Assembly: GCA_965197745.1 (NCBI GenBank)
Contig: CBDANS010000006.1
Coordinates: forward strand, 352,001 to 416,000
DNA length: 64,000 bases
Origin: Opitutales bacterium
Lineage (GTDB): Bacteria; Verrucomicrobiota; Verrucomicrobiia; Opitutales; PNEW01
Direction: 5' to 3'
Shown here: in pieces, positions 31,566 to 41,653 of the stretch
Numbering within the stretch: the stretch's first letter is position 1
How the letters are laid out: each line of letters starts with the position of its first letter
Translations under genes and position numbers: made by a program
The notes under the pieces: model-generated
Seen by the model: the letters and a program-made list of their open reading frames with translations, nothing else
What the model was told of the DNA's origin: nothing
The model's database searches: none

Positions 31566-32525
31566 TTAGCTGTCATTTTTTACTAAGCCATTTTTTCTAA
31601 GAGACATAGGCAAGGGGAAAGTGACTCCCTCGGGTTCGCTTTCCATGTCAATTATATTAGAAACACCAAATTGCTGTAGTTTATCGAGAACTTCCTGAAC
31701 AAGCACTTCCGGCGCCGAGGCACCCGCGGTCAAACCCACACGAGGGCTTTTATTAAACCATGATTTATCCAGATCCTCAGCATCTTGTACTAGATAGGCT
31801 TCGAGCCCATTTTTCTCACCGACTTCTCGCAAACGAGTGGAATTGGAACTGTTTCTCGCGCCGACGACTATAAGTAAATCGATATCGTCCATCATTTGTT
31901 TTACTGCCGTCTGCCGATTCTGAGTTGCGTAACAGATATCATCTTTACGCGGACCGCCGATAGCGGGAAATCGCTTTCTCAAAGCATCAATTATCTGTTT
32001 CGTATCATCTATTGAAAGCGTAGTCTGTGTTTCATAAGCTAATTCTGAAGGATTTTTAACTTGGAGTTTTGCCACATCATCAACAGATTCTACAAGGTAT
32101 ATGTTTCCTCCCCATTTCTTGTCATAATGCCCCATCGTTCCATTTACTTCAACATGTCTCTCATGTCCGATGAGAATCACTTCCCGCGCGCTCTTAGCGT
32201 GTCGCTCGACCTGCCGATGAACCTTTGTCACCAATGGGCAAGTGGCATCAATTATATTGAAATTACGCTCACGCGCTTGTTTTGATTTTTCGGTCGCGAC
32301 TCCATGCGCGCTGAATATCAGGTTTGAACCGTGGGGAACATCGTTCAAATCCTCGGTAAATATCGCCCCTCGTGATTTCAGATCTTCAACTACCCTTTGA
32401 TTATGAACAATCTCATGCAAGACGTATACCGGAGGCCCATAAATTTCGAGAGCTCTTTCAACGATTTCAATCGCTCGGTAGACACCTGCGCAGAATCCGC
32501 GCGGCTGTGCTAATACAACATCCAT
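31566..32525 (-). CDS. ispH: 4-hydroxy-3-methylbut-2-enyl diphosphate reductase
   Basis: PRGFCAGV, HEIVHN, FSAHG, DATCPLVTKVH, DICYATQNRQ, NSSNS, TAGASAPE. Confidence 0.96.
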   Translation of the reverse strand: MDVVLAQPRGFCAGVYRAIEIVERALEIYGPPVYVLHEIVHNQRVVEDLKSRGAIFTEDLNDVPHGSNLIFSAHGVATEKSKQARERNFNIIDATCPLVTKVHRQVERHAKSAREVILIGHERHVEVNGTMGHYDKKWGGNIYLVESVDDVAKLQVKNPSELAYETQTTLSIDDTKQIIDALRKRFPAIGGPRKDDICYATQNRQTAVKQMMDDIDLLIVVGARNSSNSTRLREVGEKNGLEAYLVQDAEDLDKSWFNKSPRVGLTAGASAPEVLVQEVLDKLQQFGVSNIIDMESEPEGVTFPLPMSLRKNGLVKNDS

Positions 32526-32766
32526 ATTCGATTAGTATAATACTTTAAAAAAATTCAATATTCAATGTAAGTGACTAATACCTTCACGGTCAATGTTGGA
32601 ATTTCATAAATATATTGAAAGATAATGACTTGACATAAATTATCAGCGAAATGTTATTGAAACACTATTCGAGGTATATAGCAGCTCTGTGCAGAGCGAT
32701 TCAATATAAGTTTTATGCTTTTGGCGTCTTTGTCCTACCCAAAAATTTAACAAGGATAATCCAAAA

Positions 32767-33861
32767 ATGACAGAATCGGCATTAAAATCCGGTCTTCGCT
32801 ATGATGAGGATTCTGCCTCTAAACCTGACTTCTCAAAGTTAAGTGATTTCGAACTTCAGGACTATCTGCTGAAAGGGGTATCACGCACCTTTGCCTTAAC
32901 GATTCCACAATTACCGCATGAATTGCGTTATGCAGTTTCAAACGCTTACCTCTTGTGCCGCATTGTCGACACCATAGAAGACGAACCCGCATTATCGGGT
33001 GATCAAAAAAAACAGTTATGCGAACAGTTTGAAAACGTAATTAGAGGTAAGACGAACCCCGAAGAATTTACTGACGACTTATCAGGATTGCTTTCAAAAG
33101 CTACCATTCCAGAAGAACACGAATTAATTGAATTGACGCCACGTGTCATAAATATCACACGAAGTTTTGATACCGAAATTAGAGAAGCATTGCAACAATG
33201 CGTAAACATCATGACGAGGGGAATGGTGCGATTTCAAATCGATAATCGATCCTTCGGATTGCAGAATTTAAATGAGCTTGATCAATATTGTTACTATGTC
33301 GCAGGCGTTGTCGGTGAAATGTTGACCAGGCTATTTTGTCATTATTCTTCTAATATTGAGAAAAACAGGAATCAGCTTTTAGAATTGGCTGTTTCCTTTG
33401 GGCAAGGACTGCAAATGACAAACATACTTAAAGACATGTGGGAAGACAACAGTCGGTCGGCTTGTTGGCTGCCTCGAGATATCTTCGTCAGTGGAGACTC
33501 CACCCTCCAGAACTTGGAAGCCATACATAAAGATGAAAAATTTTCTGAAGGTTTGAATTACTTAATTGAAATCACCCATGGACATTTAAGTAACGCCCTT
33601 AATTACGTGCTGCTCATTCCGGAAAATGAAAAAGGTATTAGAAAATTTTGTCTTTGGAACATCGGTATGGCTATATTAACCTTGCGAAAAATAAAAAATA
33701 CCCGAAATTTCACTCGCGGTAGGGATGTTAAAATTTCTCGTCTCAGTGTAAAAATGACCATCCTGGCGACGCACTTCACAGTAGGTAATAATCAACTGCT
33801 GAAATTTCTTTTTAGACTTGCGGGGATGCGTCTGCCTATTGCGCTTTCTAAAAATCAATAA
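32767..33861 (+). CDS. Squalene/phytoene synthase-family enzyme (likely single-enzyme squalene synthase)
   Basis: VSRTFAL, YLLCRIVDTIED, YCYYVAGVVG, GLQMTNILKD, VKISR: eukaryote-like/methanotroph SQS-type motifs. Confidence 0.85.
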   Translation: MTESALKSGLRYDEDSASKPDFSKLSDFELQDYLLKGVSRTFALTIPQLPHELRYAVSNAYLLCRIVDTIEDEPALSGDQKKQLCEQFENVIRGKTNPEEFTDDLSGLLSKATIPEEHELIELTPRVINITRSFDTEIREALQQCVNIMTRGMVRFQIDNRSFGLQNLNELDQYCYYVAGVVGEMLTRLFCHYSSNIEKNRNQLLELAVSFGQGLQMTNILKDMWEDNSRSACWLPRDIFVSGDSTLQNLEAIHKDEKFSEGLNYLIEITHGHLSNALNYVLLIPENEKGIRKFCLWNIGMAILTLRKIKNTRNFTRGRDVKISRLSVKMTILATHFTVGNNQLLKFLFRLAGMRLPIALSKNQ

Positions 33862-33938
33862 TAGCCATAATTTATCTTTGCGAAATTATCGCTGCTCAGG
33901 CTTTTTAAAAAAGTTCGAGTGCGATACTCGCCTCTGCG

Positions 33939-35891
33939 ATGAGTGATCCTGTCGAAAACCCTATTGAAGCAGGAATTAACGCCACAAATACTGAATCTCG
34001 GATTGCGTTAATTTCAAAGGCTGTCAGTCACGGGCAAAAAGCACTGATCGATCTGCAAAATCCCGACGGGCACTGGTGTTTTGAATTGGAAGCCGACTGC
34101 ACTATCCCTGCTGAATACATTATAATGATGCATTATATGGACGAAGTGAATGATTCGTTGCAGACTAAAATTGGGGTTTATCTTCGCGATCACCAGATGG
34201 AGGATGGCGGTTGGCCGCTCTATCATGGCGGTACGGGTAATATCAGCTGTTCGGTTAAAGTATACTACGCTTTAAAACTTATAGGCGATAAACCTGACGA
34301 AGATCACATGAGAAGAGCACGCGCTGCTATTTTATCCTGGGGAGGAGCGGCTCGCAGCAATGTTTTTACACGGATCACCCTCGCCTTATTTGAACAGATA
34401 CCGTGGCGCGGTGTTCCCTTCATGCCGGTAGAATGTATGCTTTTCCCGCGCTGGTTTCCTTTCCATATCATGAAGATCTCGTATTGGTCCAGGACGGTTA
34501 TGGTCCCCCTTCTTATTCTCTACCATTATAAACCAAAGGCGAAAAATCCCAACAAAGTTTCAATAACTGAACTCTTTGTCACTCCACCGGATAGAGAAAA
34601 GCATTATTTTCCCCTCCGCTCTTTCTTTAATTTCCTCTTTTACTTTCTCGACAGGTTTGGGATCTTATTCAATCCCCTGATTCCAAAAACTATTCACCAC
34701 CGGGCATTGAAGAAAGCTGAGCACTGGATGATCGAACGCTTGAATGGGTTTGGCGGGTTAGGGGCAATTTTTCCCGCTATGGTAAACGCCTACGAAGCGT
34801 TGGTCTGCCTTGGCTATGCGAAGGACCATCCCTATTGCGTAACTGCGCGCGATGCCATAGATAGACTGCTCGTTGTGGGAAACGACAGGGCCTATTGTCA
34901 GCCATGTATTTCACCGGTTTGGGACACCTCCCTGGCAAGCTTAGCCTTACAGGAATGTGACAGTGCAGAAATTAAAGCCGCCGAGACTCAGGCACTGGAC
35001 TGGCTCAATGAAAGACAGCTCCTGGAAGAGCCAGGGGATTGGCAGGAATACAGACCTTCCTTACCTGGAGGAGGTTGGGCTTTTCAATTACAAAATCCGC
35101 ATTATCCGGATCTTGACGACACTGCGGTAGTTGCTTTTGCGATGTTAAAAAATGAAGCAGGACGGTTCCAGGAACCGGCTAAACGGGCGATTGAATGGAT
35201 TGCGGGTATGCAATCAAAAAACGGAGGCTATGCCTCATTTGATGCTGATAATGACTATTATTATCTAAATGAAATTCCCTTTGCCGATCACGGCGCGCTA
35301 TTAGGTCCGCCGACAAGTGATGTCAGTGCCCGATGCCTAATGTTATTATCGCAATCCCCGTCTTATAAAGATCTATACGAGAAGGCAATACAGTTGTGTC
35401 TCGACTATTTGTATCGGGAACAGGAAGACGATGGCTCCTGGTTTGGGAGATGGGGGACAAATTATATTTATGGCACCTGGTCTGTCCTTATCGCCCTGGA
35501 GCAAGCGAAGATCAGCGCTGAACACTCAAGCATTCAAAAAGCGATAACATGGCTGAATAGCAAACAACGTTCTGATGGAGGATGGGGTGAAAGTAATAAT
35601 TCTTATGCGGATACCAGCACCCGCGGGCAAGCAGCCAGCAGCACATCATTTCAAACAGCCTGGGCACTCTTAGGATTAATGGCCGCGGGTGAAGGTAAAT
35701 CAGAGGCCGTGGAGCGAGGAATTGACTATCTGCTAAAGAAGCAAACCGCAATAGGACTCTGGGATGATGTGGAATTCACAGCGCCCGGGTTTCCCAGGGT
35801 TTTTTATTTAAAGTACCACGGTTATGATAAGTACTTTCCGCTCTGGGCCCTCGCGCGGTATAATAACATTCTTTCAGAACGAAACCTGTGA
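33939..35891 (+). CDS. shc: Squalene-hopene cyclase
   Basis: QW repeats, catalytic YPDLDDTA, SPVWDT, WFGRWGTNYIYGT, GFPRVFYLKYHGY. Confidence 0.96.
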   Translation: MSDPVENPIEAGINATNTESRIALISKAVSHGQKALIDLQNPDGHWCFELEADCTIPAEYIIMMHYMDEVNDSLQTKIGVYLRDHQMEDGGWPLYHGGTGNISCSVKVYYALKLIGDKPDEDHMRRARAAILSWGGAARSNVFTRITLALFEQIPWRGVPFMPVECMLFPRWFPFHIMKISYWSRTVMVPLLILYHYKPKAKNPNKVSITELFVTPPDREKHYFPLRSFFNFLFYFLDRFGILFNPLIPKTIHHRALKKAEHWMIERLNGFGGLGAIFPAMVNAYEALVCLGYAKDHPYCVTARDAIDRLLVVGNDRAYCQPCISPVWDTSLASLALQECDSAEIKAAETQALDWLNERQLLEEPGDWQEYRPSLPGGGWAFQLQNPHYPDLDDTAVVAFAMLKNEAGRFQEPAKRAIEWIAGMQSKNGGYASFDADNDYYYLNEIPFADHGALLGPPTSDVSARCLMLLSQSPSYKDLYEKAIQLCLDYLYREQEDDGSWFGRWGTNYIYGTWSVLIALEQAKISAEHSSIQKAITWLNSKQRSDGGWGESNNSYADTSTRGQAASSTSFQTAWALLGLMAAGEGKSEAVERGIDYLLKKQTAIGLWDDVEFTAPGFPRVFYLKYHGYDKYFPLWALARYNNILSERNL

Positions 35892-36607
35892 AACTGGGAA
35901 TAATCGCAGCTCTGCACGAGGAGATAAAAAGTCTGACCCCTCAGATTATAGAGACCGGAAATTCAGCATGGTTAAAAGATAAAATTTGCATCTTTCATTC
36001 TGGAGTCGGTCGGAATTGCGCTGGCCACGCTGCAAACAGATTAGTTGAACAGGGTGCCTCCGCCTTGCTGAGCTGGGGATGTGCTGCTGGTCTCGACAGG
36101 AAGCTTAAACCGGGAAACCTCCTGCTCCCCGAACGTATCATAAGTAAAGACGGCCGTATTTTTCAGGCCGATGGGGACTGGCATAAAAGGTTTATCAATA
36201 ATTTAGCAGGTAAAGTCAGTATCTACAAGGACGCCCTTGTTGAAAGTGATCAGATAATAACCGATCCGGCGCAAAAAAAAAATCTTTGCACCCAATCACA
36301 AGCAATAGCTGCGGATATGGAAAGTGCGGCAATTGCCGAGGTCGCAGAGAAAAATAAATTGTCTTTTCTCGTAATCAGAGCGATCGCCGATACAAGCAAA
36401 TGTGGAATCCCTAATTGCGTTACGCAATCGCAGGATGGGAGGGGTGAGATAAAAAAATTACTTCTCTTAAAGAATGCGTTTATGCACCCTGCTGATTGGA
36501 TCCCCCTGATCGTGCTTGCACAACAATTTCTGGCAGCGCATAAGACTTTAAAGCAGGTTATATCAAATTCACCGAGTGACTTTTATTGTGAAGAACCCCT
36601 ACGATGA
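35888..36607 (+). CDS. hpnG: Hopanoid-associated nucleosidase/phosphorylase HpnG
   Basis: SGVG, LSWGCAAGL, AADMESAA, IRAIAD; overlaps the shc stop. Confidence 0.8.
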   Translation: MKLGIIAALHEEIKSLTPQIIETGNSAWLKDKICIFHSGVGRNCAGHAANRLVEQGASALLSWGCAAGLDRKLKPGNLLLPERIISKDGRIFQADGDWHKRFINNLAGKVSIYKDALVESDQIITDPAQKKNLCTQSQAIAADMESAAIAEVAEKNKLSFLVIRAIADTSKCGIPNCVTQSQDGRGEIKKLLLLKNAFMHPADWIPLIVLAQQFLAAHKTLKQVISNSPSDFYCEEPLR

Positions 36608-36620
36608 ATGAACGGTTCAG

Positions 36621-37604
36621 ATGACGACTCTTATCACAGGCGCTACTGGTTTTTTAGGTTCTGCTGTCCTCAGGCAATTGATTTCTCACGGCCATCAGGT
36701 TCGCGCATTGGTCCGGGAAAAAAGTGACCGAAGAAATCTTGAAGGCCTGGATGTTGAAATCGTGGTGGGTGATCTCATTAATCGCTCCTCTCTTAGAAGT
36801 GCCTTGAAAAATTGTGATTCATTATTCCATGTGGCAGCAGATTATCGATTGTGGGTTCCGAATCCCCCTGAAATTTACCGCAACAATGTTGACGGCACAC
36901 TTAATCTTATGACCGTCGCTGCCGAACTTGGTGTTAATCGAATAGTCTATACCAGTAGTGTGGCAACATTAGGTTTAAATAAGGATGGAAGCCCTGCCGA
37001 TGAAACGACCCCGGTCTCTTTGGGAGATATGATTGGACATTACAAGCGCTCAAAATTTATGGCTGAACAAGAAGTAGACAGGCTGGTCAAAGAGGAGGGA
37101 TTACCTGTTGTTACGGTTAACCCGTCTACCCCCATCGGTCCCAGGGATATTAAACCAACTCCAACGGGACGAATGATTCTTGACGCGGTGAAAGGCAAGA
37201 TTCCTGTTTACGTCGACACTGGTTTAAATGTAGTCCATGTCGATGATGTCGCGCTTGGGCATCTGCTCGCATTTGCCGAAGGAAAGATTGGTGAACGGTA
37301 CCTCTTAGGTGGTGAGAATATGAGTTTACAAAATATTCTATTAGAAATTTCGAAAATCACGGGACATGCACCACCTCGATTCCAGATTCCCCACAATTTT
37401 ATTTTGCCTCTGGCATATGGAGTTGAATGGATAGCGCGGTTAACACACATCAAGGATCCTCTAGTGACTGTCGATGGCGTGCGATTAGCAAAAAAAAAGA
37501 TGTATTTTTCTACGACAAAAGCTCACCAGGAGTTAGGGTATAATCCAAGGCCAGCGAAAGAAGCAATAGAAGATGCTGTCACCTGGTTTTTAGACCAAGG
37601 ATAA
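36621..37604 (+). CDS. hpnA: Hopanoid-associated NAD-dependent sugar epimerase HpnA
   Basis: TGATGFLG, HVAADYRLW, YTSSVA, YKRSK, NPSTPIGPRDIKPTPTG. Confidence 0.92.
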   Translation: MTTLITGATGFLGSAVLRQLISHGHQVRALVREKSDRRNLEGLDVEIVVGDLINRSSLRSALKNCDSLFHVAADYRLWVPNPPEIYRNNVDGTLNLMTVAAELGVNRIVYTSSVATLGLNKDGSPADETTPVSLGDMIGHYKRSKFMAEQEVDRLVKEEGLPVVTVNPSTPIGPRDIKPTPTGRMILDAVKGKIPVYVDTGLNVVHVDDVALGHLLAFAEGKIGERYLLGGENMSLQNILLEISKITGHAPPRFQIPHNFILPLAYGVEWIARLTHIKDPLVTVDGVRLAKKKMYFSTTKAHQELGYNPRPAKEAIEDAVTWFLDQG

Positions 37605-37681
37605 ATATATGAATATCCTTATTAAAATCAGCAACAGCTTCATTATCTTGACAATAGGTGGGTTCGGAAAATATATACGCT

Positions 37682-38848
37682 ATGAGCAAAATTAAAATTG
37701 CCCTTGTCGGTGTAGGTAATTGCGCCAGCTCACTAGTCCAGGGAATTCACTTTTATCAGGATGATAACCTGGAACGTGCTATCGGGTTAATGCATAGTGA
37801 GATTGGTGACTATAAACCGAATGATATCGAGGTCGTTGCCGCATTTGATATCGATAAAAGAAAGGTAGGCAAAGATGTAAATACCGCTATTTTTGCCGAA
37901 CCGAATTGCACGAAGGTCTTTTGTGGAGATTTACCTCTTTCAGGAATTATGGTGCAAATGGGAAAACTGCTCGATGGGTTTGCCCCCCATATGCAGGAAT
38001 TCAAGGATACACAGACGTTTGTCATATCCGATGAACCCGAACCACCCGATAAAGAAATTGTAGAAATAATCAGAGAATCCGGTGCTGAAATTCTTGTCAA
38101 TTATCTGCCCGTCGGTTCAGAGGAAGCGACACGATTTTATGCCCAATGCGCGTTAGAAGCAGAAGTGGCTTTTATCAATAATATACCGGTCTTTATCGCC
38201 AGCGATCCCGAGTGGGCTAAGAAATTTGCGGATAAAAAACTACCCATTATTGGTGATGATATTAAAGCTCAACTGGGGGCAACAATCACGCATCGGGCGT
38301 TGACTGATTTGTTTAAAAAACGCGGCGTTAAATTGGAGAAAACTTATCAGCTTAATACGGGAGGGAATACGGATTTTCTTAATATGCTCAGTCGCAGCCG
38401 TCTCGCCTCTAAAAAGATTTCAAAAACTGAAGCAGTTCAGTCAGTGACCGCCTGTCGTATGGATGAAGACAGCATCCACATTGGGCCGAGTGATTATGTG
38501 CCATGGCAAAATGACAATAAAATTTGTTTTATCCGCATGGAAGGTCTGCTTTTCGGAAATGTGCCAATGAATCTTGAGCTCCGCCTTTCCGTGGAAGATT
38601 CTCCGAATTCAGCGGGTGTCGCTATCGATGCCATCCGCTGCGCAAAACTAGCCTTGAACCGCGGGCGAGGGGGTATTCTTTACGCACCTTCAGCTTATTT
38701 CTGTAAGCACCCACCACAACAGTTTACCGACGACGAAGCATTTCACATGATGGAAAAATTCATCGTCGAGATGGAAGAAGGTGATCCGGACCATGAAATG
38801 TCTGATCATAGCAGCCGGGAAAGGCAGCCGTCTACAATTACGTGGTAA
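37682..38848 (+). CDS. ino1: myo-Inositol-1(3)-phosphate synthase
   Basis: VGVGNCASSLVQG, NYLPVGSEEA, GDDIKAQLGAT, QLNTGGNTDFLNM, SKKISKT, EDSPNSAG. Confidence 0.93.
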   Translation: MSKIKIALVGVGNCASSLVQGIHFYQDDNLERAIGLMHSEIGDYKPNDIEVVAAFDIDKRKVGKDVNTAIFAEPNCTKVFCGDLPLSGIMVQMGKLLDGFAPHMQEFKDTQTFVISDEPEPPDKEIVEIIRESGAEILVNYLPVGSEEATRFYAQCALEAEVAFINNIPVFIASDPEWAKKFADKKLPIIGDDIKAQLGATITHRALTDLFKKRGVKLEKTYQLNTGGNTDFLNMLSRSRLASKKISKTEAVQSVTACRMDEDSIHIGPSDYVPWQNDNKICFIRMEGLLFGNVPMNLELRLSVEDSPNSAGVAIDAIRCAKLALNRGRGGILYAPSAYFCKHPPQQFTDDEAFHMMEKFIVEMEEGDPDHEMSDHSSRERQPSTITW

Positions 38849-39527
38849 CAGCAAACCGCTTATACCCGTATTTGGGGTTCCTTTAATCGAACGCGTTATC
38901 CGTTCAGCATTGGATGCGGGAGTCGATGAGTTTTTTGTTGTTACCGGCTATCAGAAGGAATATGTCACTTCATTTCTTCACGATTTAGCAAGCCGGCTAA
39001 GCATTTCCATTACTCCTATCTACAATAAGGATTGGGAAAAAGAAAACGGTCTTTCGGTATTGAAAGCAAAAGACTCCATTAACGAGCCCTTTCTCCTGCT
39101 CATGGCTGATCATATATTTGACCCGCTTACCATTCGAGAATTGTTGGAAGTACCGCTTCCGAATGGAGAAATTAATCTGGCCGTTGATAGAGATATCGAC
39201 AATCCCACCGTAAATATGGATGACGTGACCCGCGTAAAAATTGAAAAAGGGAAAATAACGGCCATTGGAAAGGGCCTTTCTGATTATAACGGGTTTGATA
39301 CCGGGATATTCTTGTGCACGCCCGCAATCTTTGAAGCCTTGCAGAAGAGCACTGAAGGGGATAACGATACCACGCTCAGTGGTGGTGTTTGTAAATTAGC
39401 ATCACAGGGTCGTGTGAACGCAGCAGAATTTCATGGTCAATTCTGGATCGATGTCGACGATCCCGAAGCAATCAGGCAGGCAGAGAATATCCTTCTCAAT
39501 TATCTACCGGAAAACTACCAGGAGTGA
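38793..39527 (+). CDS. NTP-transferase, IPCT (CTP:inositol-1-phosphate cytidylyltransferase)/LicC-like
   Basis: IIAAGKGSRL-SKPL, WEKENGLSVL, LLMADH, DDVTRV, DTGIF, WIDVDDPE; overlaps ino1. Confidence 0.75.
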   Translation: MKCLIIAAGKGSRLQLRGNSKPLIPVFGVPLIERVIRSALDAGVDEFFVVTGYQKEYVTSFLHDLASRLSISITPIYNKDWEKENGLSVLKAKDSINEPFLLLMADHIFDPLTIRELLEVPLPNGEINLAVDRDIDNPTVNMDDVTRVKIEKGKITAIGKGLSDYNGFDTGIFLCTPAIFEALQKSTEGDNDTTLSGGVCKLASQGRVNAAEFHGQFWIDVDDPEAIRQAENILLNYLPENYQE

Positions 39528-39736
39528 AGGGCTTCGTTGATTTGTTAAAATGCTAAGTACCCTTTGGGAGCCTATAATATAGGTGAATAAGCAGCCCAAT
39601 TAATATTAAATATGTTGCAATGTAATGAATTGGCCCTTTAGCCTTATCACCTACTGTAAATTGCTTTTATCTTGAGATTTACATATTAGAGAGGGATATC
39701 TGGATTTCGTTTCATTAATTTATATTGGTAATTAAT

Positions 39737-41653
39737 ATGTCGCTTTTAGATCGAATAAAGGATCCGGCTGATGTAAAAGCCCTAACCTTTGACGAACTCT
39801 CTTCTCTTGCCGAAGATATCAGAGCTAAAATTATTGAGGTCACATCGAATAACGGTGGCCATATTGGGCCTAACCTCGGTGTCGTTGAACTCACCTTAGC
39901 ATTGCACCGGGTTTTTGATTCACCCCGTGATAAATTTACCTTTGATGTATCACACCAGGGGTATGTTCATAAATTGCTCACCGGTCGCCAGGGAGAACTG
40001 TTTAAAAATTTGCGGAAAACGGGTGGCGTCAGTGGATTTCTCTCTCGCAGTGAAAGCCCTCACGATAGTTATGGAGCCGGGCATGCCGGGACAGGTTTGT
40101 CCTCGGCCCTGGGAATGGCTGCAGCGAGAGACCTCCGTGGGAGTGATGAGAACGTTGTCGCTATTATTGGAGATGCCGGACTCACATGCGGTATCACAAT
40201 GGAAGCTCTTAATAACATTACCGTCCACACAAAGCGATTGGTAGTTGTGCTTAATGATAACAAGTGGTCTATATCTAAGAATGTAGGCGCCATATCTAAA
40301 TACCTCAATGAGCTGATCACTAATCCGTTTTATAATCAGCTCGACCAGGATGTAAAAGCGTTTCTACGTAAAATACCCGGCGGTGATTCTCTCATTAAGA
40401 TTGGTCGGAAAGCGAAAAAGGACGCCAAGGATTTTATCGTGCCCTCTTCTCTCTTTGAAAAGTATGGGTTACGCTACCTGGGCCCCATTGATGGCAACGA
40501 TCTCGAAAGCCTCATTTATTATCTCGAGTTCTGCAGAAGTTACGAGAAACCCATAGTCTTACACATTCTCACAACGAAGGGCAAGGGCTACGAACCGGCA
40601 ATCGCGGACCCTGAAACATTTCACGGTCCCGGTCCTTTTGAAATAACCACCGGAAAAAGTAAACCGAGCAAAGCGGGAACGCCACCGAAATATCAGGATG
40701 TTTTTGGACAAGCCATGGTTCGCTTTGCCACCAGCGATCCAAAGGTCGTTGGAATCACAGCGGCCATGTCTACGGGTACAAGTTTAAAACTCCTTAACAA
40801 TGAATTACCCGACCAGTTCTTTGATGTGGGAATGGCAGAAGAACACGCCGTATTATTTGCCGCTGGATTGTCTACCCAGGAATTTAAACCTGTTTGCGCA
40901 ATCTATTCGACTATGCTCCAACGTGCTTACGATCCAATAGTCCACGATGTTGGAGTGCAAAATCTTCCGGTCACATTCTGCATGGATAGAGGCGGTCTTT
41001 CACCACAGGATGGACCGACCCATCACGGACTGTTTGATATCGCTTACTTGCGATGTGTTCCAAATTCAATCGTGATGCAACCCAAGGATGAGGACGAATT
41101 GGTCGACATGCTTTGGACCTGCCTGCAAACTGAGCAGCCTACTTTTATGCGTTATCCACGCGGCACGGGAGAAGGAGTCCCTATCAAAAAGGACGCTTCG
41201 CTTCTGAAAATTGGTAAAGCTGAGATTATCAAAAAAGGCAGCGACATCAATATCTGGGCTCTTGGACCCTGGGTAAGTGAAGCGATGAAGCTTTCAGAAA
41301 AACTGGGCGTAGAGGAGGGAATGTCCGTTGGCGTGGTAAACGCGCGATTTGCCAAACCTCTCGATACAAGTCTTCTTCTCGAACAGGCACATGCCAGCCT
41401 GGCTATTATTACAATGGAAGATCATGTTCTGAATGGCGGCTTTGGCAGTGCGGTTCTCGAAGTTCTAAATGAAAACAACTGTCACACTCCAGTGGAAAGA
41501 ATCGGCTGGCCTGATCGATTTATTGATCATGGATCTTCGGTAGATGATTTACGGATCCTTAATGGTTTAGACCTCGAGACACTCTATGACCGTATCTTGA
41601 AGCGTTATAATACATTGAACGCACGAACGGCTAAAGCAGATCTCTTCCGTTAA
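39737..41653 (+). CDS. dxs: 1-deoxy-D-xylulose-5-phosphate synthase
   Basis: GGHIGPNLGVVELT, DVSHQGYVHK, GD...NDN TPP motif, AEEHAV, DGPTHHG. Confidence 0.96.
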   Translation: MSLLDRIKDPADVKALTFDELSSLAEDIRAKIIEVTSNNGGHIGPNLGVVELTLALHRVFDSPRDKFTFDVSHQGYVHKLLTGRQGELFKNLRKTGGVSGFLSRSESPHDSYGAGHAGTGLSSALGMAAARDLRGSDENVVAIIGDAGLTCGITMEALNNITVHTKRLVVVLNDNKWSISKNVGAISKYLNELITNPFYNQLDQDVKAFLRKIPGGDSLIKIGRKAKKDAKDFIVPSSLFEKYGLRYLGPIDGNDLESLIYYLEFCRSYEKPIVLHILTTKGKGYEPAIADPETFHGPGPFEITTGKSKPSKAGTPPKYQDVFGQAMVRFATSDPKVVGITAAMSTGTSLKLLNNELPDQFFDVGMAEEHAVLFAAGLSTQEFKPVCAIYSTMLQRAYDPIVHDVGVQNLPVTFCMDRGGLSPQDGPTHHGLFDIAYLRCVPNSIVMQPKDEDELVDMLWTCLQTEQPTFMRYPRGTGEGVPIKKDASLLKIGKAEIIKKGSDINIWALGPWVSEAMKLSEKLGVEEGMSVGVVNARFAKPLDTSLLLEQAHASLAIITMEDHVLNGGFGSAVLEVLNENNCHTPVERIGWPDRFIDHGSSVDDLRILNGLDLETLYDRILKRYNTLNARTAKADLFR

